A stretch of 64,000 bases of DNA, taken from positions 89,218,001 to 89,282,000 of the forward strand of contig OZ024743.1 of NCBI GenBank assembly GCA_964016885.1, in the 5' to 3' direction. Under the pieces are notes generated by a model, which did not search any database, was not told where the DNA came from, and saw nothing but the letters and a program-made list of their open reading frames with translations. Source of the DNA: Eledone cirrhosa. Its lineage: Eukaryota. How positions within the stretch are numbered: the stretch's first letter is position 1; each line of letters begins with the position of its first letter. The translations under genes were made by a program, and so were the position numbers. Of this stretch, positions 29,879-45,003 are shown in pieces.

Positions 29879-30229
29879 ATACATACAATATATAGCATGA
29901 TATAAAGGTTGTCATACAACTGTAAAATAACTTAAATCGAACTCATTACCTTATGATCGTGAACCGAAGACCCCTAACTACTAAGTCACGCGCCGCCCTA
30001 GCGTAGGATACCCAAATGGGTGGTAAAAACAAAGAAAACAATGAATAAATAAATCTAATTCTTCTACTTTGAATGTCAAATGCTGTTGCAGGAATGTATT
30101 TATACAAATTGTTCATACGTTGTTCATTGAGTGTCAAATTATAATTCTTCTTTTCAATGACTATCACATGTGGTAGAAAGAGATAATGACGCGGATGTTA
30201 AAGAAAAGTATGTAATATAATATGTGTAG

Positions 30230-30400
30230 GCATGGTAGTATGGTTAACGGTGTTATCTTCTCAACCACGTAGTTTCGGGTTCAATACAGCTGCTTGGCAA
30301 CTTGGAGCAAAGTGTCTTCTAATATATTCTCGGGTTGGACCAATCAATGTCTTGTAAATGAAATTTGGTAGGCGGAAGGAAACTGTGTGGAAACCTGTCG
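30230..30400 (+). mobile_element. Third tRNA-derived SINE family ending in (TATG)n
   Basis: gggttcaatac B-box-like, gcaaagtgtcttct..ggaaactgtgtggaaacc. Minus copies at ~8520-8670, 54595-54725 and 57840-57990. Confidence 0.65.
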
Positions 30401-30462
30401 GGTGTATGTATGTATGTATGTATGTATGTATGTATGTATGTATGTATGTATGTATGTGTGTG

Positions 30463-30494
<32 letters not shown>

Positions 30495-30504
30495 TGTATG
30501 TATG

Positions 30505-30535
<31 letters not shown>

Positions 30536-30891
30536 GTCTGCTAACAGATACAAACAAAGAATCAACCGTTTTACAAATGTTTGAGCAAGCATTGTAGTAG
30601 CTTGCAATAAGCTAACATATATTTAAAAATTCCAGTTCGCTCAACGCTTCATAAAACGACTGATTCTTTAAGGCTTTAAAATGACGGTTAAGTGGTCAGT
30701 CCCTTTGGTTTAATGATAATACAGTCATCTGGCATATAGCAAATGTGAGTTCGATTCCCACAGATATCACTGTCCACCACTTTTTTTTTCGTCACAAAGG
30801 TTTTATATGCCTAACTTGTTCGACTATTTAGAGTCAAACTTGCGTTGTAGCACCTCATGACAAGCTAACATACTTTCAGTATGTATGTATA

Positions 30892-31019
<128 letters not shown>

Positions 31020-31069
31020 GTTAAAACAATGAAATTAAACACAAAACTGTTAATTCATAGTAAAACACA

Positions 31070-31203
31070 TTATTTTACGATCGTTTCTGGGGGGTAGTTC
31101 CCTGTATGTTCATTTAATTATTGATCTATGTAAAACATATTACAAAATATCATAGCAAGAAAAAGATACATACGTCTTCACTACCCGCCGTCTTCAGAAA
31201 TAA
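31070..31203 (-). ncRNA. Hammerhead with CUGAAGA core and large stem-II insertion
   Basis: Minus: ttattt-CTGAAGA-cggcgggtagt...actacccccca-GAAA-cgatcg-TA-aaataa. Homologous to 47967-48115. Confidence 0.7.
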
Positions 31204-31352
31204 AGACCCTACCATTGAGTGGTAGATTTATCTGTGTATCTGTATATATATATCGTTTCTGAATTTGTTTAGCAAGATTCTTTATCTGAAATCGTGTGTT
31301 GAAACCGATATTGTTATACTTATTGGCAACATGACCCTCCCAAAGTATAACA

Positions 31353-31431
<79 letters not shown>

Positions 31432-32137
31432 TATATACTGTAATGGCTGTAGGGGTGGTTATGGTGGTGGAGGTGATGGTGGTATTGGTGATCATGGCGG
31501 TGATGGTGGTAGTGGTAATGATGATGGTGGTGGTCTGGTCATGGTGGTAGTGGTGATAGTGTTGGTGGTTGTAGTGAAGGTGGTTGTGATTGTAACAGTA
31601 GAACTGAAGATAGAATTGGTGGTGGTGGTAGTTGTAACAGTAGGACTGACGTTATTGTATGATTGTAGCTATGGTTGCGGTGGTTGTATCCAATGGAGAT
31701 AGCAATGACGAGAAGGGAGTGGGGAAGGCTCCGGGAGCAAGATGGTGGAGATAGGGAGGTTATGAAGCTGATTAAGACACACATATCTCTCGTTCTTTAA
31801 TGAGATGAAATATAAGATGTCGTGATAAGAAGTCAAAAGAAGCCAATGTTAAGAAGGAAAGAACAAAGCTATCATTTTTCACAACGATCACAACTTGATA
31901 ATAGTTCACAGTATTCCACCATCCACAAGATGTTTCTATCTCAAATGATATGGCCGCCATCTAGCAGTGAAATTATGTGTGAAGATTTACGAGTTAAAAT
32001 TGTTTTGATAGCCACTGTTGGTCTATTAAAGAAGACGTATTCAGGGTTATATATATAATTTTATGTTGAAATGACTTCAACAGGACTATATATATATACG
32101 TCGTTTGATTGGTTGTAAATGAATACATCCCTAGTTA

Positions 32138-32231
<94 letters not shown>

Positions 32232-33900
32232 TATAATATATATATATATACATATATGTACAACTGTTTAGTGACTACATCCATGGGTGCAATATAATAT
32301 AATACATATATGTGCGTGAGTGTGTGTTTACGTTTGTGTCCATATCTGTATTTATATCCTGTAATTTAGACTAAAAGAGGTTGATAAGATACGTACCATA
32401 CAGATTAAAAAAAAGATCTGTGGTCGATATGAGCGACTAAAATCGACTAAATTCCTGACTGAAACCAGTAAAAAAAAAAGTGAAATGAAAGAATAAGCAA
32501 AAAGAACTGGAGCATGTCCAAGAAAATTTCTATCTTGCAATTCTTACATTGTCATCATTGCCTTCTTCTTCTTCTTCTTCTTCTTCTTCTTCTTCTTCTT
32601 CTTCTTCTTCTTCTTCTTCTTCTTCTTCTTCTTCTTCTTCTTCTTCTTCTTCTTCTTCTTCTTCTTCTTCTTCTTCTTCTTCTTCTTCTTCTTCTTCTTC
32701 TTCTTCTTCTTCTTCTTCTTCTTCTTCTTCTTCATTTCCGTGAGGATCGTGGGGTTGGGGTTTGGAGTGGTTGTGGTGTATAGTCCTCAGACAGACCTTC
32801 TAGGGAGTCCTATCTGTAGCAACCATCTCCTAATAATCTGGCTAGATCCCCAAGCAAGAAACCAGCCGAGGTTATGTTATCCAACCATCTTCCCCAGGTC
32901 CTCCTCTGGGTCTCCTGTCGGTTGGCTTTACCAATAAAATCATCTGCAAAAAAATAAAAGCAAACAAACAAAACAAATAAAATAATAATAATAATTGTTT
33001 CTACTTTTGTCACAAGGCCATCAATTAACCAGTACATTACTGGTACTTTATTTTATCGACCCCGTAAGGATGAAAGGCAAAGTTAACTTCGGCGGGATTT
33101 GAACTTAGACCGCAAAGGGACGTAACTATGCTGGAAAGCATGGCGTCCGACCCTCTACCGATACTGTCAATAATGAATAAAATAGAATCTGTACTGACTT
33201 TTAGTCTGCTTCTTTGTGGAAAACATTTATTCTGTTTCCCTAAACGTTTTAAAAATTTCAATTCATTATATTGCCTCTGTCGAAAATTAATAATTTTTCT
33301 TTAGTTCTTATAACGATCAGTCGTGTAAGGATTTTGTATCTTCAAACATTTAAAAAAAAAAAAAAAATATTATATTGCAGTGGTCGAAAATGTTTAGATT
33401 TTGTTGAGTTGCATAAATGCGAAATAGGCGGTGATTTGGTAGAGTCGTTGGGACGTCGGATAGAATGCTTTGCAGTATTCTTTTCCACTTTCTGCTCTCT
33501 GAGTTCAAATCCTGCCGAGGTCAACTTTGCCTTTCATCTATTTAAGGTTGATAAAAAAGTACCAGTCTAGTACTGGGGTCGACACTTGCTCTATATCTCT
33601 CTCTCACTTTTTTTCTCTCACTCTCTATCCTTCTCCAGAAGAAATCTGCTGTATTCAGGTCAGGAGAGGAGATGGGTTCCCCCAGGTTTTTTTGTAAATG
33701 CCCTAGAAACGCAGAATTTCAATATGGCGCCCTTATGACTCCCTCGGGAGTTATGGGTCCATACATAAATACGAAGCGTTGTTGTTGTATCCCTCCCTCC
33801 TTTTTCTTTTAATAAAATAGACTAATTTGATACTTGCTGGTCAGGTGTCTCTATCCACGGGTACAATGTTTATAAAATAACCTTATAATATAAATTTTAA

Positions 33901-34287
<387 letters not shown>

Positions 34288-37200
34288 TAATTTAATTGTT
34301 CGATTTAACTAGAAGTCAGAAACTAGCAGAAACTTACCTTCGATTTTCTTCTTTAAAATACAGGCAGGACAAAGCAAGCGGGGCTTTCTCATCGAGAAGA
34401 TAACTTCCACAGTCGTCTATACTTTTCTCTGTATACAAAAATGGAAGAACATATTAGTTGTCTTCCAGAGATATGATTGGTCATTAAATTATTCCAGCAA
34501 GTCGACCCCGACGGTATTCGAAATCTGCTTTACTGGCGCAAGTTTATTTTGTTCGACACTCCATCGATTCTACCATCATTATTCCGAATATATCATTGAC
34601 AGAATTGCTAGAACTTTGAACAACATTTCCTGCACTATTTGTTCCGGTTCTATATATTCAGAATTCAAATCCCACCCACACCAACTTTGCCTTTTATCAT
34701 ATCAGGGTTAATAAAATAAAGTACCAATTAGCTCCTGGGGTCGATATAATCGACTGTTAACTCTGCTACACCCCTTCCAATTTCTAGATATTGTACAAAT
34801 AAAAGAAAATCAGTGTTTCTAGTCGTATTAATGACTCTAGCATGATATGTAAAGATGAGTTGTTTAGAAATAAAACTAGCCATGCTTGACGAGTGATTTG
34901 TGGTGTGTACTGAGTGCTGTGTGTTTCCATTGTTCCCAAACAAACCCAATCATGGGACCAGGCTCAGTAAGATAATACCACAGACGTCTACAATACTTCT
35001 CACTTTACTCAGCCCTTCATTTATAAATGGAGTTATCTGTGTTTTTCTATCTATTTTTCAAAGAGAAAACAAGAGAGAGAAATAAAGATGGTTTGTCTTG
35101 ACATTTCAAGTAAGTAGCTACTCGAAATACTTAGAAAACAAAAAAAAAAAGAAAGAAGTTGCTCCATAAATTAAGAGATTTTATTACTTTAATTACCAAG
35201 GGAGATGAATGAGAAAATTAAGTCGTAATTTTCTGATACGCGATATTAAGACGTTCTGATATAGGACACCACCACCATTACTACCACTAGCACCAGCACC
35301 ACCACTAATACCACCACCACCACCATCACCACCACTACTACTAACATGGCTGCCGCCATCGCTAAGAAAGAGCGGGTTTCTAACAAAGAAACAAAGCTCT
35401 ATCGTTGAAATTTTGATATACGAAAACGGCGAGTTAGATATTTCTTTTACTGTTCCACTTCTAGATTGTATTTGCAAAGTGTGTTAGCTGGTCAATATCT
35501 TGGCTTAAAACCTTAGCTTAAAACCTTAGCTTTTCTGGATTGTCACTTTGACATTTACTAACATAGCCAAGTGCAAAAATAATTACCGGCATAAAGGTGA
35601 ATTTATAACCTACGTACAACAGCTGAAGCTTTCGAAATAGTTATATGTAATTATTTTCTTTTTCATTGATTCTGGAAGGAATGTTCACGTTGGTAGGGCA
35701 GCTGACCTCTATGACACTACATAGTTATTTCTTTTCTGTCCTAAATAACCATATCAGGTCAGTTATGTTTGCACTTGGTGGAAGTTTTGATGGGAATGTT
35801 GCACTAATCTTCTCTGTGCTGATATGTATCGACAGTCGATCGACAAGATCCCAGACCTCGTTAAATCGTACCGAGGAAACAATGTTTCCATTGGTCTTTC
35901 CATTTGCTAATGTTATGTGGATTGGCAGTATCGGTAGAGGGTCGGACGCCATGCTTTGCAGTATAGAGTCACGGCCTTTTATGATCTGAGTTCAAATCCC
36001 GCCGACGTTAACTTTGTCTGTCATCCTTACGGGGTCGATAAAATAAAGTACCAGTAATACACTGGGGTATTTGCTGGCCTTGTGCCAAAAGTAGAAACAA
36101 TATTATCTACCGGTCGCAAATCCAGACAGAAGGAGCAATGTGAAATAAAGTGTCTTGTTCAAGGACATAACGCATCGCCCGGTCCGGGAATCGAACTCAC
36201 ACTCTCATGATTGTGAATCCAACAACCACTCAGCCACCCGCCTTCACTTTGATATGTATAAATGTATTCAATTACAGTAAGATTCTCTATATTTATCCCA
36301 GCACAATCTTTCCTCCGGATGGTATTATATAACAACATCATGCCACATTGTACAGTAGTACTTAGATAACTTCTTTGGGAAGCTGCTGAGCACGTGTGTA
36401 GTTTCTTATACAGAAATGTAATATAACCGACATTATCATCAGTTTCATCTTGAGGTTTTAAGGACTTCGCTGATTTTTTTTCTTCATTAGAGATTTCATA
36501 TCTATCTCCTGCTTTTGGTTAGCAAAAGCATTGTCTTCAAAATGTGACGTGCTGCAACGGTCAAGAGTCCAAGAAAAACTACACTTCATGTTAATGTTAG
36601 TATCATCTTCAAGTTTACGGGGGACATATACACACATACCACCACCCTTTTGTCTTTTGAGTTTTATTGAGTCGTTATTTTCCAGATCTTTCTTAAGGCA
36701 TGCTAATTCAGCATTTGTGTATTGGAGATCACCAGGAAGTGAATACTTTAGTGGGTGTTCACTATCGCCCCGTAGGATGGTGTTCTTTTCCCTTTTAAGC
36801 ACTTAATTGATGTATATACTTTCATCAATGTTATTAAGATGATGCTGTCTGAGTGAAATCATACGACATTCAAGGGCTGAATCTTAAGCAATGATCTTAA
36901 GCCTCACCTCTTTTTTCTCAGATAGAGCCTGTTGATATCACTGGTACTGTGGAAGCTTCCAATTGATGTAAAGTTTTAAGGAATGTTAATATTTATTGTG
37001 AGTGAGGGTGGCAACCTGGCAGAATTGGTGGAGCGTCGGATAAAATGCCATTGCTGTATTTGTTCTGACTCTTTGCATTTTATGTTCAAATCCTCCTGAG
37101 GTTAACTTTGCTTCTCATCCTTTCGAGGTCGATAAAATAAAATACCAGTCAAATATTGGGGTCGATATAATTGACTTTCTCCTCGATTCAAATTGTTGGT

Positions 37201-38059
37201 CGTGTGCCTAAATTAGAAATCAATATTTAATGTGCAAATATCGTCTATAGCACTCATGGGCAAACTGCGGCCCGTTTAACTTTCTGAATGGCACGCCTAA
37301 TAACAAAATTACTTTGAATTTCTTTTAGTAGTGCGGTCCACCTTATGATGAGCCACATTCTATGCGACCCATTGCTCGAAAAAGATTTCCTATGCCTGGT
37401 CTGCATACTAGTCAGTATCCTAAATATTAGTATCAGTACTGGTACTTCAAATGCATTGTGGGATATTACAATCATGTTATTATATCTTATCTAATCTGGC
37501 CGTGTTTACACTTGCAAATAAGAAGAACCAGGGCCGCACCTAGGAGCATTGGATTTGGTGTACTTCATATTAGTTTCGGTCCTGAATACAATCAGGGGTC
37601 ACTGCTTCTCCTGAAGGTCAATAGTTCTCTTCTAACTCGATGCATGCATCTGGAACTACTGCCACCCATTGATCTGGGAGAATTGCAACTCATTTCTACA
37701 GCTGAGCAAACTTGAGCAGCGTAAAATAAAGTGTCTTGCTTAAGGACACAACACATCACCCAGTCCGAGAATCGAACTCACAACCTTTCGATTTTAAGCC
37801 CAATGCTTTAACCACTTAAAGGAAAGCTCTAACTGCCATATTTTTTAAAGTCTCGTATATTATACTTTGGTCACTCTATCTTTGTACGTTTTACCTTTGT
37901 ACAATATGTTTTTTTTATCAATGCCTTGTGTATGTGTCTTTGTGTGAGAGTGAGCATGCAATCAATATATATGTATAATACATAAATATTTCCATGGTCA
38001 TACACCAAACAAGATATAATAAAATACTTTCACTCATTGTCTTCGTCTCTATCGCTCTC

Positions 38060-38300
38060 CCCATCTCCTCACTATTATAAGCAAATGGGGACCCACGTGC
38101 TGGCCTCCCCACGGCATCGGTGGACAGAATAGAGAAGGCTTTTCCCCGGAGGATGGTGAAGAAGACGCGTTGGAAGAGCCATTCCAGCTCGCGAGACTCA
38201 CACCTGCAGGTAGCCAACTCTGTACCGATGGTGATCAGTAGGGAGGTGGTTCTAGAACCAAGGACACCAGCAGTCTTCTCTGCTATCTGTAGCATCCATT
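38060..38300 (-). mobile_element. CRE-like retrotransposon fragment
   Basis: GVLGSRTTSLLITIGTELAT..ESRELEWLFQRVFFTILRGKAFSIL. Confidence 0.65.
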
Positions 38301-39263
38301 GGGTGGTATAGGGAAGATAAAGAAATTATTGACGCAAAGATTCTGGGTTTGGAAAAAAGTTTTCTCACGTTCAACTATCAAATACGAACATTTCTTTTGG
38401 CCAAATTCCAACCCTATATCGGCTGAAAATATTTAACTCCATCTGTTTCTCAGCATTATAAACATTTCTGGTGTAGATCTTTGGATCATCCACAAAGATA
38501 TTTTAGGCTGTATTGGCATCTCTTGATTTAGTAGACCCTAGTATATAATCCCAGGGTTTTCATAAAAGAAATGATATAGGATTTAGTGCCAAAATAACTA
38601 GAAGTATAGACAAACTGTCTCCTTGGAACATTCTTTTTAAAATATGATTTTACGTTAACAAAGTTTCTCCCTCAGCGTCTTGAGTCCGTGTCTTAAAGTT
38701 ATTAATCCCACTCACACAAGATTTTGGCGTGTAGAATCTCCGTACATTTTCGTTAAATAAGATGTAGTTTCTGTGCTGTGAAATATATTATTCACCTTAT
38801 ACTTTTAAACTGGCGGTTAAATGACAAGTTGTGTAGTGGAAGTTGTAATTGTTATTCTACTTTTGTTATTCACCTTTGTATGTGTTGAGTTATTTTGTTA
38901 TCGTCTACACTGTATCTCCTAGTTGTTCGTTCAAAGTGATAACAGTTGTGTACAAGCAGCTACTAATTGGACAATAGTGTCATTGTCATTACATATTTTC
39001 ATATATTCAGCAGCTCCAGCGATATCACCCCCCCCCCCCACACACATATGCATATATATATATATATACACATGTATTGACGAGCTTGTAGCATCAACTA
39101 TAATCTCGCTTGCACATATTACTCACTCAATGAACGATGGAATGAACTTGCGAGGAACAAAACCTGTCTCAGAGTGCTTACAATATATATATATGTGTGT
39201 ATATATATGTATATTCCAATTCCACCCCACCCGTCCCTTCAATCTATCTTATTTCTTATTCTT

Positions 39264-39299
39264 TCTTCTGACGAAGGACTAGCGTCCGAAATATTAAGA
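39264..39299 (+). ncRNA. Minimal hammerhead (family C)
   Basis: tctt-CTGACGA-a-ggac-tagc-gtcc-GAAA-ta-TT-aaga. Confidence 0.7.
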
Positions 39300-39383
39300 C
39301 CCTCTTCCTGCTATTTCAAACGTTAACCTAATATATTCCTTCCATATACTGTACCGATTGTGTTGTTATTTTTGTTTACCTTT

Positions 39384-39444
<61 letters not shown>

Positions 39445-39650
39445 TTTAATTTGGTAGTTTACCACTGGGTAGAATTGGTTATTCTGCAATGTTAATCATG
39501 ACGTAATATGAGAAAAGCACTCAACATTATGCAACTCAACCATCTTCGATGTTGAATCATGTTGGTGGTGGGCGAACGGAGTAAATGTATTATAAAGTGA
39601 GATGATAGGAGGTCAAATATGTTGAATTTACTTAATTTTTGATTCCTGCA

Positions 39651-39710
39651 TACACTATGCACATTTCAGTGGCCTGGTTGCATAAGAACCCGGTGGCGTC
39701 ATCAGGTGTA
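39651..39710 (-). ncRNA. Hammerhead, imperfect stem II
   Basis: Minus: tacac-CTGATGA-cgccaccgggttcttatgcaaccaggccact-GAAA-tgtgca-TA-gtgta. Confidence 0.6.
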
Positions 39711-39832
39711 AATTGCGTAATAGGTGTATACCAATGGAATGATGGTAAACTTTAAGGAAACAATCAAAGAAAAGACAGAGAGAAAAAGGTTGTTTTTTGA
39801 CCCAGAGACGGACGAAGTAGCATGCTTCACTT

Positions 39833-40036
<204 letters not shown>

Positions 40037-40240
40037 AAGTATGTATACGTACATACATATATGTATACAGACGTACAGTAGTATGTATATATATATACAT
40101 ACATGCACACATATATATATGTACGTATGAATTCACCGAACATTTATTATAATGCTCGGAGTGTTTGTAAACAAACATCCCGTATTAAGCGGTAGTGTCC
40201 AGCAACCATCGTTGCTCATTTGTTCAACACTGACAAAAGA

Positions 40241-40283
40241 ACGCTGTACTAGTTTCAAGCTTATTAGCTATCGTCAGCAACGT
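40241..40283 (-). ncRNA. Hammerhead (430-bp monomer family), inverted copy
   Basis: Minus: acgttg-CTGACGA-t-agct-aata-agct-t-GAAA-ctag-TA-cagcgt. Confidence 0.85.
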
Positions 40284-40770
40284 ATACCTTCCTGCCAGAT
40301 GATTGAACGTCTGAAAGTATATACTTTCCTTATGCATATTAACGGCTGAGCAGCCTAATTTGCATATCGAGTGAGTTAATCGGCCGGGGTACCGAAAATG
40401 ATAAACGGAAAAAATGAAACGAAATTTCATTTCTCACTCTTAGTACCGAGCATTATAATAAACATACCGAGCATTATAATAAATGTTTGGTGAATCCATA
40501 CGTACATATATATATGTGTGCATGTATGTATATATATATACATACTACTGTACATCTGTATACATATATGTATGTACGTATACATACTTATATTTAAGTA
40601 ACAGCCGTACTAAGAGTGGGAAATGAAATTTCGTTTCATTTTTTCCGTTTATCGTTTTCGGTGCACCCGGCCGATTAACTCACTCGATATGCAAATTAGG
40701 CTGCTCAGCCGTTAATATGCATAAGGAAAGTATATACTTTCAGACGTTCAATCATCTGGCAGGAAGGTAT

Positions 40771-40813
40771 ACGTTGCTGACGATAGCTAATAAGCTTGAA
40801 ACTAGTACAGTGT
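40771..40813 (+). ncRNA. Hammerhead (430-bp monomer family)
   Basis: acgttg-CTGACGA-t-agct-aata-agct-t-GAAA-ctag-TA-cagtgt. Confidence 0.85.
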
Positions 40814-40952
40814 TCCTTTGTCAGGGTTGAACAAATGAGCAACGATGGTTGCTAGACACTGCGGCTTTATACAGGATGTTTGTTTACAAACACACCGAGC
40901 ATTATAATAAATGTTCGGTGAATCCATACGTACATATATATATGTGTGCATG

Positions 40953-40988
<36 letters not shown>

Positions 40989-41090
40989 CTACTGTACGTC
41001 TGTATACATATATGTATGTACGTATACATACTTATATTTAAGTAACAGCCGTACTAAGAGTGAGAAATGAAATTTCGTTTCATTTTTTCC

Positions 41091-41147
<57 letters not shown>

Positions 41148-41234
41148 TAAAACAGAGAACAAAAACAGTAACGAAGAGTGCGGTGCAAAGTGTTAGTATT
41201 AGGTTCACGCTCGAGAATGGGGGGGGGGGGGGCG

Positions 41235-41342
<108 letters not shown>

Positions 41343-41698
41343 CCGTCCCTTGTCTTAGACGGTACATGTTAAAAATGACACATCGCCAGCACAAATGTAA
41401 CGTTAAAAATGAAATTTTGAAAGGCTACTCATAGCTGAAACCGGCCAATACAAGAACAAATTAGACAAACAAGATTATTTCAGAAAACTCAGCTATTTTC
41501 TTTAAAAAAACAATAATATATTTTGTATGAACTAATTTCTTTAAATTGTCTACTGTAAATTTGCATGAATATATAAACATTAGGTGCATCTTCAAATCTT
41601 TATAAATATATAAACATATAAATATATATATATATAGATATGTTGATTTAAAACTGCACTATCCACAAGTGTTTTTTAACCTTCATATCATGTCTTCC

Positions 41699-41769
41699 TA
41701 TTTTATCTGATGAAAACACAAATGTTATTGCATGATGATATTTGTTTTTGAAATGCGCATAATAAAATA
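41699..41769 (+). ncRNA. Hammerhead family A
   Basis: tattttat-CTGATGA-aaacacaaatgttatt gca tgatgatatttgttttt-GAAA-tgcgca-TA-ataaaata. Confidence 0.85.
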
Positions 41770-42266
41770 CATGGAACTCTTTTAACCATCTTTTGATCTT
41801 ATATATATATATATATATTTACGTAACGTACGTGTGTATCAATATATGTATATGTATATGCACGCCCCCTCTCCCCCACCCCCTCTGACCCCTTCCCATC
41901 CACACGCACACACACACTGACTTACACCCCACCCTATGTACACACTGGTTTTTCCTATTACCCGAACATGGAACTTCGTTCTTCCCCAAACTCTCACACT
42001 CACATCCACACATACACACACACACACGTACACCTACACACATCCACACACACCACCTTCGGCCTCTCCGCTCGGATCCGTTGTCTTCCTCTCCCCTCTC
42101 CCCCCATCCACCCACCCCTCACACGCCTCACACCCTTTCACCACTTGTTTCATTTTAATTTTTTTACCCTCTTCTAAATTTTTTCCTTCCCTTTAACCCC
42201 CCCTTTTAATGTCTTTCCACCAGTCCCCCTCACACCCTTGGAACACTTTTCCTTCCAACTTTTCTC

Positions 42267-42294
42267 CTGACGAAGGGCTTATGCCCGAAACGTC
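42267..42294 (+). ncRNA. Degenerate family-C hammerhead core
   Basis: CTGACGA-a-gggc-ttat-gccc-GAAA-cg-TC, but no stem I partner follows. Confidence 0.5.
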
Positions 42295-42405
42295 CCCCGC
42301 CCCCACTCTCAAGCGTGAACCTAATACTAACACTTTGTACTGCACTCTTCGTTATTGTTTTTGTGTTCTGTTTTAACTTAAATATATGTTTATATATATA
42401 TATGT

Positions 42406-42476
<71 letters not shown>

Positions 42477-42596
42477 GAAATCAGTAAAATCGAATCTCTG
42501 GCGGTTTGCAAGTAAATTTGGCCTACTTATATGAAATGATGAGTTAGCAAAGCACTCGATAAGATAGGACCTCAGAGTAATAACATACGTTTAAAT

Positions 42597-42673
<77 letters not shown>

Positions 42674-42810
42674 AGAGTTAAACAAGATTCAATGAATACA
42701 TCAAAGAATGAGTTTTACAATAGCTTGGAAGCACTCTACAGTACATATTTTCCAGAGTTATTAATATTAATTCCAAATATTAACAAAATAGATATTCTTG
42801 TGATCAATTA

Positions 42811-42877
42811 TATTTTATTATACATATTTCAGAGGTACTGAATTAAGTTCAACAGTACGTCCTCATCAGATAAAATA
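42811..42877 (-). ncRNA. Hammerhead related to families A/B
   Basis: Minus: tattttat-CTGATGA-ggacgtactg...cagtacctct-GAAA-tatgta-TA-ataaaata. Its 3' half recurs inverted at 42932-43000. Confidence 0.8.
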
Positions 42878-42991
42878 AAATGATACATGACATAACCTGA
42901 CATGGTAGATGGTTAAGATTTAATCAAGGTAGAAATATGTATAATAAAATATAATTGATCACAAGAATATCTATTTTGTTAATATTTGGAA

Positions 42992-43040
<49 letters not shown>

Positions 43041-43357
43041 TATATATATGTATATATGTATGTATGTACGTATAAATATATACTTATAAATGCATGTACT
43101 TTAAGTTGTATATGAGTGTGAGTGTAAATGTAGTAGGGTGAGGAAGAAGGGGGGGGGGGTGAAGAGGTGGGGTGACATAAGAAAATGTGGCAATAGTTGT
43201 AGGTTAAGTAGACAGTCGGCCTTGAACGAAGAGAATAGTCATATGTGTGACTCTACACACATACCGCACACCGCCCCGCCAAAGTAAACTCACCCACACG
43301 CTGCTCCATCTCACCTAATATGACATGATGTAATGCACCACCAACAACTGCATATAT

Positions 43358-44260
<903 letters not shown>

Positions 44261-44552
44261 ATATGTGTGTGTGTTTATATGAGATTCTATCTACATAGTG
44301 TTTCCCAACACTTGAAATATTTCAGACATCATCTCCTACAGTTTTGAAATCTCGCGTGTACTTACATGAACATCTCGCCCCTTCACACAATTTCCTTCTT
44401 TCATTCTTTCTTTTTCCCACTCTCTTTTCAGTCACTCTCTCCACACACATACACACACTCTCTCTCCACACATGTGTGTCCATATGTCTACATATATTAC
44501 ACTTGACATGTACGCATACATGTGTGTGTTGGCACACAGCCGCCGTACATAT

Positions 44553-44598
<46 letters not shown>

Positions 44599-44674
44599 CG
44601 AAGGAAATGTGGTAAGGAACCAGATGGACCATATCGCACCAAAGTACTCAATACTTAGGGTAGTAGAGTGGGTA

Positions 44675-44797
44675 ATAGGAACAAGTAGGACCCCGACGGC
44701 TGAGCTCAAGCCCTTTCGACGGCTAATTCTGGACTAAATTTAGTCCAGAATTAGCCGTCGAAACGGCTTGAACTCAGCCGTCGGGGTCCTACTTGTT

Positions 44798-44802
<5 letters not shown>
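44675..44802. repeat. Near-perfect palindrome (64-bp arms) of a small repeat also at 43972-44032 and 49571-49705
   Basis: Centre ggactaaa|tttagtcc; two mismatches between the arms. Confidence 0.85.
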
Positions 44803-44862
<60 letters not shown>

Positions 44863-45003
44863 AAGAATTAGAAATAGAAGCCAGGACTATCCGTCATCAG
44901 TAGTCTACCAGCCATCATAGATATTTCTTCGCATTACAGACCATATACCTCCGGCTAGGGCAATACAATAACTAAATTAAGTTATTGGGATAAAAAGAGG
45001 TGG

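Noticed and set aside
36440-36960. Minus-strand coding-like fragment (114-aa ORF)
   Set aside because: Probably a decayed transposase, but I cannot assign a family from motifs.
44860-44920. Minus-strand agacta-CTGATGA-cggatag hammerhead 5' half
   Set aside because: Runs into (TA)n with no GAAA or cleavage triplet.
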